Source: Candidatus Saccharimonadia bacterium (lineage in GTDB: Bacteria > Patescibacteriota > Saccharimonadia > UBA4664 > JBIOIQ01). From it: a DNA stretch of 51,403 bases. Location of the stretch: positions 1 to 51,403 of the forward strand of contig JBIOIQ010000006.1 of NCBI GenBank assembly GCA_044449985.1, written 5' to 3'. The notes beneath the pieces were generated by a model that saw nothing but the letters and a program-made list of their open reading frames with translations, searched no databases and was not told the DNA's origin. This document shows positions 29,437 to 38,635 of the stretch, one piece after another. The first letter of the stretch is position 1; each line of letters starts with the position of its first letter. Made by a program: the position numbers and the translations under genes.

Positions 29437-30888
29437 ATGGCTTTATTCACGTCAAAATTACGATTAAATAGCCCGTTTATAATGGTTATATTCGGAGTAA
29501 GTGGAGACTTAACCAGACGAAAGCTTGTCCCGGCCCTGTTTGATCTCTACAATGGTAGTTTTTTACCTGATAAATTTACCATTCTCGGGTTTGCCAGACG
29601 TGAATGGACGCGTGAAGATATGATACGTGAAGCCGGTTCTGAAATTCAAAAAAGATCCAATATTGATCAAAACAAATTGAATCAATTTTTTACTCATTTC
29701 GATTATCTTCAGGGTAATTTTGATGAACCAACGGATTATCCGAAGCTAGCCCTCAAGATTGAAAAGCTAGATTCGGCGATCGGGAAGTCTGGACGAAGGC
29801 TATTTTATTTGGCTACTCCTGCTGAAAATTATCCGGATATTCTTGAGGGCATTAAACAAGCTAAACTAGAGCAACCCTCGAAGGTTGAGAATGGCTGGAC
29901 CAGGGTAGTCATTGAAAAACCATTTGGTCGAGATCTTGCGAGTTCTAAACTGCTGAACCTGAGTTTACGCAAAATATTTCATGAAAATCAGATTTATCGA
30001 ATTGACCATTATTTAGCCAAAGAAACAGCTCAGAATATTATGACGTTTCGATTTGCCAACGCACTATTTGAACCTGTCTGGAAATCAAATTATATTGAAC
30101 GTATTGAAATCGATATGTTTGAGTCTATTGGTGTGGGGACGAGAGGAAACTTTTACGAACGAACGGGTGCAATGAGAGATGTGGTTCAAAACCATTTAAT
30201 GCAGCTAATGGCACTTGTTACGATGGATCAACCGAACGCTTCGACCGCCGATGCATTCCGCGATTCAAGGACTCGATTGCTCGAAGCAGTGCGTTGTTTC
30301 GACGTGAATCACCTAGGAAGAAACGTAGTACTTGGTCAGTATGCATCGTATCGCCGAGAAGAACATGTTGCGCCGGCATCAACCACCGAAACTTTTGCAT
30401 CAGTCCGAGTTGAGATCGATACTCAAAGGTGGTCAGGCGTCCCAATATTTTTAACTACTGGAAAAATGATGGGGCGCACGTTAACCCAAATTCGAGTAGC
30501 TTATAAAAACGCACCAGCCAGCGTCTATGAGCTACCGATGGATTTAAATCACAATGTCTTGACCTTTGATATTCAACCAAAAGAGGGCATAGGACTCCAA
30601 CTTCTCGCCAAACAGCCCGGATATGGCCATGATATCGTTCCGGTGAATATGCACTTCAGTTACAGTGAGAATTTTCCGGCCCCTTCAATTGATGCCTATG
30701 CGAGACTACTGCTCGATGCTCTTGATGGTGATCAAACATTATTTACTCGAAGCGATGAAGTGGCGGCTGAATGGACCTTTGTTGATTCTATTATCTCTCG
30801 AGTACAGGAACATATGCTCCAACCCCAAATCTACGAAGACGGCTCAGACGGACCAGCAGGTTTAAAAAGTTTACTCGCTTCAGTCTAG
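29437..30888 (+). CDS. zwf: Glucose-6-phosphate 1-dehydrogenase
   Basis: IFGVSGDLTRRKL, IEKPFG, RIDHYLAKE, RDVVQNH; AAGGAG before ATG 29437. Confidence 0.95.
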   Translation: MALFTSKLRLNSPFIMVIFGVSGDLTRRKLVPALFDLYNGSFLPDKFTILGFARREWTREDMIREAGSEIQKRSNIDQNKLNQFFTHFDYLQGNFDEPTDYPKLALKIEKLDSAIGKSGRRLFYLATPAENYPDILEGIKQAKLEQPSKVENGWTRVVIEKPFGRDLASSKLLNLSLRKIFHENQIYRIDHYLAKETAQNIMTFRFANALFEPVWKSNYIERIEIDMFESIGVGTRGNFYERTGAMRDVVQNHLMQLMALVTMDQPNASTADAFRDSRTRLLEAVRCFDVNHLGRNVVLGQYASYRREEHVAPASTTETFASVRVEIDTQRWSGVPIFLTTGKMMGRTLTQIRVAYKNAPASVYELPMDLNHNVLTFDIQPKEGIGLQLLAKQPGYGHDIVPVNMHFSYSENFPAPSIDAYARLLLDALDGDQTLFTRSDEVAAEWTFVDSIISRVQEHMLQPQIYEDGSDGPAGLKSLLASV

Positions 30889-30903
30889 TTTATCGTTATG
30901 CGG

Positions 30904-31446
30904 TTATGACTTAATGAGTTTTGCGGCAAATTTTTGGCGGAGTTTGGTGAGCTTAGGATTTATGATGATTTGGCAATATGCCTGATCAGGATTATTTCGG
31001 AAATAGTTTTGCTGATAGTCTTCAGCGGGGTAGAAGGTATCTAATGGAGCTAGCTCAGTAACGATAGGTTTATCCCAGAATTTTTTCGCGGAGTCTATAG
31101 AAGCTTTGGCTTGGGATGCCTGCGTTTCGCTTTTATAGAAAATTACGGAACGGTACTGAGTCCCGACATCATGCCCTTGGCGGTTTAAACTTGTTGGATC
31201 ATGCAAAATCCAAAAAATTTCGAGTATTTCCGCATAGGTTATGATACTGGGATCAAACTCAAGTTGTACAACTTCAGCGTGACCAGTTCTACCTGAGGTG
31301 ACTTGATCATAACTCGGATTCGGTACAGAGCCTCCGGCATATCCAGACGTAACTTTATGAATGCCAGCAACTTCTTGATAAGCTGCTTCGAGACACCAAA
31401 AACAACCTCCACCAAGTACCGTAGACTCGAACTGTAACTGATCCAT
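30904..31446 (-). CDS. msrA: Peptide-methionine (S)-S-oxide reductase
   Basis: GGGCFWC, TGHAEVV, HDPT, GTQYRS, FYPAEDY. Confidence 0.95.
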   Translation of the reverse strand: MDQLQFESTVLGGGCFWCLEAAYQEVAGIHKVTSGYAGGSVPNPSYDQVTSGRTGHAEVVQLEFDPSIITYAEILEIFWILHDPTSLNRQGHDVGTQYRSVIFYKSETQASQAKASIDSAKKFWDKPIVTELAPLDTFYPAEDYQQNYFRNNPDQAYCQIIINPKLTKLRQKFAAKLIKS

Positions 31447-31536
31447 ATTTCTATTATAACTAACTACTTCTGCCTTTTGGGAATTAATACCACTTCGGGT
31501 CGGTTGACTAGATCAGACAATGCTACAATTAGATTA

Positions 31537-32910
31537 ATGGATGCATATAAGCATATTCATATCTTAGGCATCGCAGGGCATGCCATGAGGGGATTAGCCC
31601 TCGCTTTACTTGAAAATGGGGCAATTGTCACGGGTACTGACGAGCACGCCTATCCACCGGGGACAGATTGGCTGAAGGCGAAAAACATATTGTGGTGGAA
31701 TGAGCCATCGATTGAGCATCTAACTGGTGCCGATCTTGTTATTTTAGGTGGAGGCGTTGCTCCGACTAATCCTGAACTTCTCGAAGCACAGAGTTCAAAA
31801 ATTCCCATCATGTCGTATCCAGAAGTTGTAGGTAAACTTACAAGCGGGGCTAAACGAATCGTTATTACCGGAACTCACGGTAAAACTACTACCACATCCC
31901 TTATTACTTGGGTATTAGAATCGGCCGGGCTCCATCCGGATTACTTGATAGGGATATTGCCAAATAATTTTTCTACTAGCGTTCGCCTAAAAGGCGCTCA
32001 CATTGCGGTACTTGAAGGCGATGAATACCGATCTTCACAACTTGATCCGAGTTCAAAATTTATGTATTACCACGCAACTGAAGCAATAATAACTTCAATT
32101 GAACTCGATCATCCGGACCTATTTGCCGATCTCGCCGCTGTTAAAGATCGGTTCAGTCAGTTAGTTGAAAATTTACCTCGAAATGGTAGATTGTTTGTTT
32201 GCGAATCAAGCGCCGAAGCAATTAGCGTTGCATCAAGTTCTAGCGCCCCAATTACGACGTATGGCTTCAAAGGCCATTGGAGGGCACAAAACGTTTCGTA
32301 TTTGCCTGAAGGTATTGAGTTTGAACTGATCCGTCATGACGCGACGATTGGCAAGCTCAAAGTTGGACTCTACGGAGCTCACAACGTTCTAAATGGTCTC
32401 GCCGCTGCAGCTGTTGCGATGAACGAGGGCGTATCTTTTGCAGCTGTGCAGCAAGGTTTCACATCCTTTCTAGGAGCCTCGCGGAGATTCGAAATGATCT
32501 CAAAACCGGATAGCAAGCTTCGTGTAATTGATGATTATGCTCATCATCCAACCGAGGTAGTAGCGACGATAGAGGCTGCCAAAACCCACTTTAAATCAAG
32601 AGTCATCGCTATTTTTCGTCCGCACACGTATTCTCGAACCAAGACACTGCTTAATGAGTATCATGAGGCTTTTTCTGGGGCAGACCTGGTGTTTATCGCT
32701 CCGATTGAGGGGGCCAGAGAGATTGGGCATGAACTCGTATCGTCTGAAGACGTGGCTGCGGGTGCAGGAGAACATGTGAGTGCTATAAACGATCGTGCGG
32801 AGTTGATTAAGCTGGTTACAAATTCGGCGAGAGCTGGTGACGTAATTCTTTGCATGAGCGTAAACGGGTATGAGAATATTGCCAAAGACATCGCTCTTGC
32901 ACTCGAATGA
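31537..32910 (+). CDS. Mur ligase, MurC/Mpl-like
   Basis: ILGIAGHAMRGLA, GTHGKTTT, EGDEY, DHPD, DDYAHHPTE, PHTYSRT. Confidence 0.88.
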   Translation: MDAYKHIHILGIAGHAMRGLALALLENGAIVTGTDEHAYPPGTDWLKAKNILWWNEPSIEHLTGADLVILGGGVAPTNPELLEAQSSKIPIMSYPEVVGKLTSGAKRIVITGTHGKTTTTSLITWVLESAGLHPDYLIGILPNNFSTSVRLKGAHIAVLEGDEYRSSQLDPSSKFMYYHATEAIITSIELDHPDLFADLAAVKDRFSQLVENLPRNGRLFVCESSAEAISVASSSSAPITTYGFKGHWRAQNVSYLPEGIEFELIRHDATIGKLKVGLYGAHNVLNGLAAAAVAMNEGVSFAAVQQGFTSFLGASRRFEMISKPDSKLRVIDDYAHHPTEVVATIEAAKTHFKSRVIAIFRPHTYSRTKTLLNEYHEAFSGADLVFIAPIEGAREIGHELVSSEDVAAGAGEHVSAINDRAELIKLVTNSARAGDVILCMSVNGYENIAKDIALALE

Positions 32911-32963
32911 ATTCATTAAAAGGTTTTAGTAAATTAACTTAACGATCAAGAAAGTCGGACCGT

Positions 32964-33428
32964 ATGTTTCAAATCAAGCGTCTTAATCATCTAGTGTTAT
33001 ACGTGGCTCATTTGGAAGAAGTCGCGAACTTTTATCAGTCAATTTTAGGGTTTCAGATAATCGAGCAGCTAGATAATAATGCCATCTTCTTAAGAGCAAA
33101 CGGTAGTACCAATCATCATGATTTGGGACTGTTTTCGGTAGGTCCGCACGCCTTAGGAGTGCCTGACAAAGCTCATGTCGGACTTTATCATGCGGCCTGG
33201 GAAGTTGATCAGATCGAAGATTTGGAGGAGGTCCGCAAAGCACTCATTAAAACGGAATCGTTTTTAGGTCAATCCGATCATGGCAATAGCTTTAGTTTGT
33301 ATGGTGTTGATCCTGATAAAAATGAATTCGAAGTATTCTGGATGCTACCTAAAAGTGAATGGCAGACTCGGAATTTCGGAGTGTTTGCGCTAGATCTTGA
33401 ACAAGAGATTAAAAATAGACGAAGCTAA
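32964..33428 (+). CDS. VOC/glyoxalase family protein
   Basis: LNHLVLYV, HHDLGLF, GLYHAAW, DHG...YGVDPDKNEFE. Confidence 0.85.
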   Translation: MFQIKRLNHLVLYVAHLEEVANFYQSILGFQIIEQLDNNAIFLRANGSTNHHDLGLFSVGPHALGVPDKAHVGLYHAAWEVDQIEDLEEVRKALIKTESFLGQSDHGNSFSLYGVDPDKNEFEVFWMLPKSEWQTRNFGVFALDLEQEIKNRRS

Positions 33429-33490
33429 AATGCTTGGGTGCTTGCTGATAATCTATGGAAAAATATGTGACTTAAAATTATGATTTCATA

Positions 33491-33931
33491 ATGAGCGCCA
33501 ACTCAAAGATTGATTATATCGACGGACATCCGGTTCATTTTTCAGTTGGGGCGATAATTTACAAAGACCAAAAGCTCCTTCTCATGAGCCGTAAGAACCC
33601 GCCTTTTGGGTTAGCAGGTCCGGCCGGACACATCGATGGCGGAGAATCCCCAGATCAAGCGCTGGCAAGAGAAGTGTTAGAAGAAACCGGTCTCCGCCTT
33701 ATACGAAGTAAGAAACTATTCGAAGAGTTTGTGCCCTGGAACGAATGCAAAGCCGGGATTCGCGGGCATTATTGGTACGTGTTTGAATGTGAGACTACCG
33801 GGGAGCTTGATATGAGCACAGAAGAAGCGCATTCACTTAATTGGTACCCAGTCAGTGACTTAAATACGCTTAAGCTTGAAGCAGTTTGGCAGTACTGGTT
33901 TAAAAAAATAGGGATAATCAAGGAGGATTAG
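33491..33931 (+). CDS. NUDIX hydrolase
   Basis: GHIDGGESPDQALAREVLEETGL Nudix box. Confidence 0.9.
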   Translation: MSANSKIDYIDGHPVHFSVGAIIYKDQKLLLMSRKNPPFGLAGPAGHIDGGESPDQALAREVLEETGLRLIRSKKLFEEFVPWNECKAGIRGHYWYVFECETTGELDMSTEEAHSLNWYPVSDLNTLKLEAVWQYWFKKIGIIKED

Positions 33932-33933
33932 TA

Positions 33934-34404
33934 ATGGCAGGTCCGACCATTGCGATTTGCTCAAGTGCAAATTTTTATGAACAGGTAAACGAAATATCTG
34001 ATCGATTAGCGGAGAAAGGATTTAGTGTAGTTGTTCCGCTCACAGCCAATATTATGCGAGAAAATGGAGATTATGATGTTTCGCATTATCGTACTTGGTT
34101 AAGCGATGATTCCAAGTACGATCGAAAAACGTACCTGATGAAACATCACTTTGCAAAGGTGGCAGAGTCAGACGCGATATTAGTCGTGAATAATGAAAAA
34201 CATGGAGTCCCGAACTACGTTGGGGGGAATGTGTTGATGGAAATGGCGCTGGCCATGCATCTCGATAAACCGATATTTCTGCTCAATGAAATTCCCACAC
34301 AATCGAATTTTCTCGAAGAAATTATCGGACTTGGACCAATTGTTCTACACGGAGAGCTGTCGAGATTAGCAGAATATTTTAACAACGATCTCGCGCCAGC
34401 CTAG
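33934..34404 (+). CDS. Nucleoside 2-deoxyribosyltransferase-like fold protein
   Basis: IAICSS, SDAILVVN, GGNVLMEMALAMHLDKPIFL. Confidence 0.6.
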   Translation: MAGPTIAICSSANFYEQVNEISDRLAEKGFSVVVPLTANIMRENGDYDVSHYRTWLSDDSKYDRKTYLMKHHFAKVAESDAILVVNNEKHGVPNYVGGNVLMEMALAMHLDKPIFLLNEIPTQSNFLEEIIGLGPIVLHGELSRLAEYFNNDLAPA

Positions 34405-34442
34405 AATATAGGCGCAATATTTTCGAATCGATGAAGTTGGAG

Positions 34443-34613
34443 CTAACCGAAATTCTTTTGAATAATATAGGAGAAGTTAGGTAAGTGAACTTTAACGAAG
34501 AAATAAATTATTAACCAAACAATCGGTACCATAAGCAGGGGTATGAGGGAGAATACGATTGCGATATAGGGATTTACAATTGGTTTAGTTTGAAATGTTG
34601 ATTTTAGGGCCAT
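34443..34613 (-). CDS. Possible small membrane protein
   Basis: 56-aa ORF with one long hydrophobic segment, downstream of the DUF2127 gene. Confidence 0.3.
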   Translation of the reverse strand: MALKSTFQTKPIVNPYIAIVFSLIPLLMVPIVWLIIYFFVKVHLPNFSYIIQKNFG

Positions 34614-34638
34614 TAAGACTATATTACCACAACCGTGT

Positions 34639-35121
34639 TCAAATGCCAGTCTTTTTAATCTGTTGGTATTCATGCCAACTGAGATAGGCGATACCTAAAT
34701 CGAATATTGTGATTGCGCTAAGGATCAAAGAATGGTTTGCAGCAATCTGAAATACCTGAAAGATCGCAAAGCCAAGTAGAAACACAATCAAAGCGATATA
34801 GGCCCAGAGTTTATGCCGAAACACTTGAACAACCAGAAATATTTTCACAACTCCATGGCTGATCAAATATACAGTGGCGTAGCTAAAGTGTCCGCCTTGT
34901 ATAGACTGGACTGAATGCAAAAGATACTTTGAAAACGGACTCGTCGGGTTCTCTCGAATCTCGCCGTTTATTAGTTTTTGCAGAATTAAGCTGAGATGGG
35001 TTCCGGAACTTAAGTATAGAACGATACCACCAAAGATTTCTAAGACCCCATCAATTGCCTTGCCGATCAAGCCGATTTGAAACAAGTCATTCGAAATTTT
35101 GGTTCGTTTTAAATTCGGCAT
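34639..35121 (-). CDS. DUF2127 family membrane protein
   Basis: KAIDGVLEIFGG, YLISHGVVKIFLV, KLWAY, FDLGIAYLSWHEY. Confidence 0.75.
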   Translation of the reverse strand: MPNLKRTKISNDLFQIGLIGKAIDGVLEIFGGIVLYLSSGTHLSLILQKLINGEIRENPTSPFSKYLLHSVQSIQGGHFSYATVYLISHGVVKIFLVVQVFRHKLWAYIALIVFLLGFAIFQVFQIAANHSLILSAITIFDLGIAYLSWHEYQQIKKTGI

Positions 35122-35245
35122 AAGTATATTGTAAGGTAGTATTCTTCGATCGACCATGATGTAAAACAATGTTTTGTAAGCTCTCTGGTTGTATTCGAAA
35201 TCATCTAATGGAATAATCGTTTAATAGATCTAAGGAGTTTTTGTT

Positions 35246-35644
35246 GTGAATAATCAGAAAATTATTGAAGAGTTTAGGGCAAATCAGGGAAATGTAGGCG
35301 GTCCATTTCAGACCATGAAATTGTTGCTACTTACTTCAATTGGCGCGAAAAGCGGCTTAAAGAGGACCACACCCTTGGCTTATACGATGAATAACGATGA
35401 ATATGTTGTAATAGCCTCAAAAGGGGGTGCGCCAACCCATCCCGATTGGTACTACAATTTAATAGCTAATCCGGATGTAGTGGTTGAAGTTGGGGGCGAT
35501 CAGTTTGATGCTGTTGCGACGGAAGTCAGTGGAGATGAGCGGGATAAACTTTATAGTGCACAGGCTCAGCTTTATCCGACTTTTAATGATTATAAATCCA
35601 ACACCAGTCGAGAAATCCCAGTTTTTAAACTTAAGAAAAAATAG
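35246..35644 (+). CDS. Deazaflavin (F420)-dependent nitroreductase family (DDN-like)
   Basis: IIEEFRAN.G.VGG, LLLTSIGAKSG..RTTPL, ASKGGAPTHPDWYYNLIANP, REIPVF. Confidence 0.88.
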   Translation: MNNQKIIEEFRANQGNVGGPFQTMKLLLLTSIGAKSGLKRTTPLAYTMNNDEYVVIASKGGAPTHPDWYYNLIANPDVVVEVGGDQFDAVATEVSGDERDKLYSAQAQLYPTFNDYKSNTSREIPVFKLKKK

Positions 35645-35650
35645 CTTCCG

Positions 35651-36217
35651 ATGTTACGCCATACAGGCCTAGCAGGTCTTATCGCGCTACTATTTCTTCC
35701 CGGGATAGCCAGTGCGCACGTGATAGTGACCCCCTCGGCTGCGACAGTTGCACAAGAGTTAGTGTTCTCTATTAGTGTTCCCAATGAGCGAAATACCCCC
35801 GTTTCTGAGATTCGTCTTGATATTCCCAATGGGGTAACTAGCGTGCTACCAACCTCTAATATTGGTTGGAATATTACGACAAAAACTGACCAACAAGGCA
35901 ATATCTCTGAAATCGATTGGAAGGGAGGGCAAATACCTGTTGGAGAACGACTTGATTTCTCATTTGGCGCTCAAGTCCCTGCAGTTGCTGGAGTTTTGGA
36001 TTGGAAAGCTTACCAAACGTATGCTGATGGTACGGTAATATCATGGGATCAAAAACCAGCCGGGAGTGATGATTCTACAGGAGTATTAGGACCATATTCG
36101 ACAACTAGTGTAATAAACACAGTTTCTCACACTAGTTTCAATCTGGCTTATTTTACACTAGTTATAGCAGTTCTGGGTGTTCTACTTGGTTTGGTGGCGA
36201 TTTGGCGGAGTCGCTGA
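35651..36217 (+). CDS. YcnI/DUF1775 family copper-binding surface protein
   Basis: Signal peptide ending ASA|H, VPNER, W...IDWKGG, C-terminal TM. Confidence 0.82.
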   Translation: MLRHTGLAGLIALLFLPGIASAHVIVTPSAATVAQELVFSISVPNERNTPVSEIRLDIPNGVTSVLPTSNIGWNITTKTDQQGNISEIDWKGGQIPVGERLDFSFGAQVPAVAGVLDWKAYQTYADGTVISWDQKPAGSDDSTGVLGPYSTTSVINTVSHTSFNLAYFTLVIAVLGVLLGLVAIWRSR

Positions 36218-36742
36218 AGTTGATCTTTTAAACACTATTAAGGCAATTAGAGTTAACATTACAATTATTCCGGTCAGACCTGCAATCAGCCAAATGATAA
36301 TCGAGTTTGTTTTGGTGTCGATAGAATCAACTCTTTGAAAAAAGTTGAGCGTAAAAGCATGAAAGCTATTTCCCGATAAAGGTTGCCCCGTGAGTTTAAT
36401 TGTATATGTTCCAAGAGCAGGAAATACTATTGGGTCAAAGCTGTTATCATCAAGAGCGTTTTGATCGTTAAATGTTGATTTATCGAGAATTACTTTATTT
36501 CCCAAAGTAACTAAGAGGTGACAATTGCAGTTTTTTGCCTGAAATTTGTTGGTATCGTCAAATAAGAAAAAATCTAACCTGGATGCATCTCCAGCTATCG
36601 GCGTATCGTCAGGATCGACATGCAGTAGTACTCTAATCGGCCCATCACTCCGAAACGTATGAGCGTGCGCCGAAAGGGGATAACTGAATAGGATAAAGGA
36701 CGAAACAACTGCGGCCAGACTTAACAATAATTTCTTGCCCAT
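36182..36742 (-). CDS. Secreted membrane-anchored protein with N-terminal His, possibly metal-binding
   Basis: Signal AHA|H, LLHVDPDD.P, CNC, FPALGTY, C-terminal TM. Confidence 0.6.
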   Translation of the reverse strand: MGKKLLLSLAAVVSSFILFSYPLSAHAHTFRSDGPIRVLLHVDPDDTPIAGDASRLDFFLFDDTNKFQAKNCNCHLLVTLGNKVILDKSTFNDQNALDDNSFDPIVFPALGTYTIKLTGQPLSGNSFHAFTLNFFQRVDSIDTKTNSIIIWLIAGLTGIIVMLTLIALIVFKRSTSATPPNRHQTK

Positions 36743-36934
36743 AGATAGCTTAAAGTATAAAGTTTTAAAGAAGTTAATGCGAAGATCGATGCATTATGTT
36801 TAGTGAACATTGGTGGCAGCTAAGATATTAAGCCGAACAAATTATTAGTTCGGATTACGTTAAAGTACTTGGGTAAGCCAAAAAACCACGACTCATAGTA
36901 TATTTTTTGTCTCGGTTTGATAATATGATTTAAC

Positions 36935-36962
36935 TTGAAATCGCTTTTGGTTGAGATATAAT
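36935..36962 (+). promoter_or_regulatory. Sigma70-type promoter
   Basis: TTGAAA-16 nt-TATAAT. Confidence 0.55.
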
Positions 36963-36965
36963 AGT

Positions 36966-37067
36966 GGTGCTGCATGAGAGTGTGGCAGTGGAGTCGAGGC
37001 AAGCTTTTATCGCTTGATATCTGCTTGTCCGGTACCAAGAGAGAGCTAAAAAATGCTCTCTCTTTTT
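36966..37067 (+). ncRNA. Candidate small structured RNA or leader
   Basis: Lies between a promoter and a terminator; closing stem GGTGCTG/CGGTACC plus internal hairpins. Confidence 0.4.
37037..37067 (+). terminator. Intrinsic terminator
   Basis: AAGAGAGAGC-TAAAAAAT-GCTCTCTCTTTTT. Confidence 0.7.
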
Positions 37068-37148
37068 GGTTGCAAAATATATATATACCCTTATGTCTCG
37101 GGGCAGATTTTGTTATGATATAAGCGTAAGCGTAAAACGATTGGGGTA

Positions 37149-38006
37149 ATGACGAAGCTGCAAAGAAGAATTCTTTCCAACTTGCAGATAGCCGAGCTAA
37201 TTAAGTTTAGCCTGGTGGCTTTGTGGTTACTGATCTGGTTCGTTCCGATTGGTACTTTTGCCGATACCCTGCTTTCCCAGGGCTATCAATCGAGCTCTCA
37301 ACTTGCGATCGGTTCGATTGTCAGCCTCGATAGTAATGTCACCGGTACTATTAGCGCTGCAAATACGGGAAATGTTGATAGTTTAATCGGGGTTGTTGTT
37401 GGCGCAAATAATACTCCACTTACGCTCACGAATGGCAGTAGTAATCAGGTCCAGGTGGCCACGAGCGGGGTGGTCAATGTTCTGGTATCAGATATTAGCG
37501 GCACGATTGTGACAGGTGATCCTGTGACCGCCTCACCTATAGACGGAGTCGGTATGAAAGCGACTTCAAATATTAAGGTGATTGGTGTTGCCCAAGGCGA
37601 TCTTGCAACGAGCGTCGGCAAAACTACCCAAACGTTCACGGATCAAAATGGGCAGAAACAGCAGGCACAACTTGGGGTCATTCCGGTACTTGTTAACGTT
37701 GCCTATTACTTTAAGCAGCCCTCGAAGACTTTAATTCCGAACGTTATCCAAAATATTGCTAACACCATTGCAAATAGAGTAGTTTCGCCGCTGCCAATTT
37801 TAGTAAGTTTGGGTATTTTTCTCGTCACGGTTATCAGCATTATGATTTTAATTTATGCCGCTATTCGGAGCAGTATTATTTCTGTTGGTAGAAACCCGTT
37901 GTCCCAAGCAGCGGTATATCGAAGTTTGCTGCAAGTTAGCGCACTCGTGTTATCGATCGTTGGAGTTGCGATTGGAACCATTTATCTAATTTTAACGAAG
38001 CTATGA
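37149..38006 (+). CDS. Membrane protein: signal/TM, extracellular beta domain, and C-terminal ATP-synthase c-subunit-like hairpin without carboxylate
   Basis: C-terminal helix-ISVGRNPLS-helix with no D/E in either helix; first gene of the F1-like operon. Confidence 0.6.
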   Translation: MTKLQRRILSNLQIAELIKFSLVALWLLIWFVPIGTFADTLLSQGYQSSSQLAIGSIVSLDSNVTGTISAANTGNVDSLIGVVVGANNTPLTLTNGSSNQVQVATSGVVNVLVSDISGTIVTGDPVTASPIDGVGMKATSNIKVIGVAQGDLATSVGKTTQTFTDQNGQKQQAQLGVIPVLVNVAYYFKQPSKTLIPNVIQNIANTIANRVVSPLPILVSLGIFLVTVISIMILIYAAIRSSIISVGRNPLSQAAVYRSLLQVSALVLSIVGVAIGTIYLILTKL

Positions 38007-38635
38007 TGTTACCTTTAATCATCGAAGTTGCCATAACGATTGCTAGTTTCTTCCTGGGGTTTTTAGTTGCGGAAATCTATCAATGGTTACGCATAAGGTC
38101 AAATCGAAGAAATGTCCCAATCCAAGTTGTTCCGTCGCAGCCCATTGTGCAAACGAATCTTGACGTAGCCTTGCCCGAGGGATTTAAAGAAAAATTACAA
38201 TCACAGACTCAAGCAGATTATTCCGAAGCTCTTAAAGCTTCGGCTCAACGTTTCATCGATGAGCTTCAGTCTACCTCAGAGCTTCTAAATGGACAGATTA
38301 AAAATCTTGCGACCGGTATTATTGGAAATGAACTTGAGCAGTATCAGAGTGAACTTGCCCAAGCTAGGGCTCAAGCTATATCTGATCTTGGACAGCTTCA
38401 AACGGCGATCAACGAGCAAAAATCAAAGATGGAAGCAGATCTGATGGAAGAAATTAAATCTCAGAAGCAGTTAATGTTATCCCAAATCGACACTAAACTC
38501 GGCGATGCTGTTGGATCTTTTCTGGTTGAAACCTTGCAACATAACGTAGATCTCGGTGCCCAAAATACCTATATTATGGCAATGCTTGAAGAACATAAAG
38601 CTGAGTTAAAAAGAGAACTTAACGATGAAGTATAA
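38003..38635 (+). CDS. Peripheral-stalk b-subunit-like protein
   Basis: N-terminal TM followed by a long Q/E/L-rich coiled coil; sits before the delta-like gene. Confidence 0.55.
   Translation: MMLPLIIEVAITIASFFLGFLVAEIYQWLRIRSNRRNVPIQVVPSQPIVQTNLDVALPEGFKEKLQSQTQADYSEALKASAQRFIDELQSTSELLNGQIKNLATGIIGNELEQYQSELAQARAQAISDLGQLQTAINEQKSKMEADLMEEIKSQKQLMLSQIDTKLGDAVGSFLVETLQHNVDLGAQNTYIMAMLEEHKAELKRELNDEV

Noticed and set aside
36820-37038. 72-aa minus-strand ORF, and a 47-aa plus-strand ORF from 36974
   Set aside because: Neither has motifs. The region is better explained by a plus-strand promoter, structured RNA and terminator, and the plus ORF runs through the terminator.
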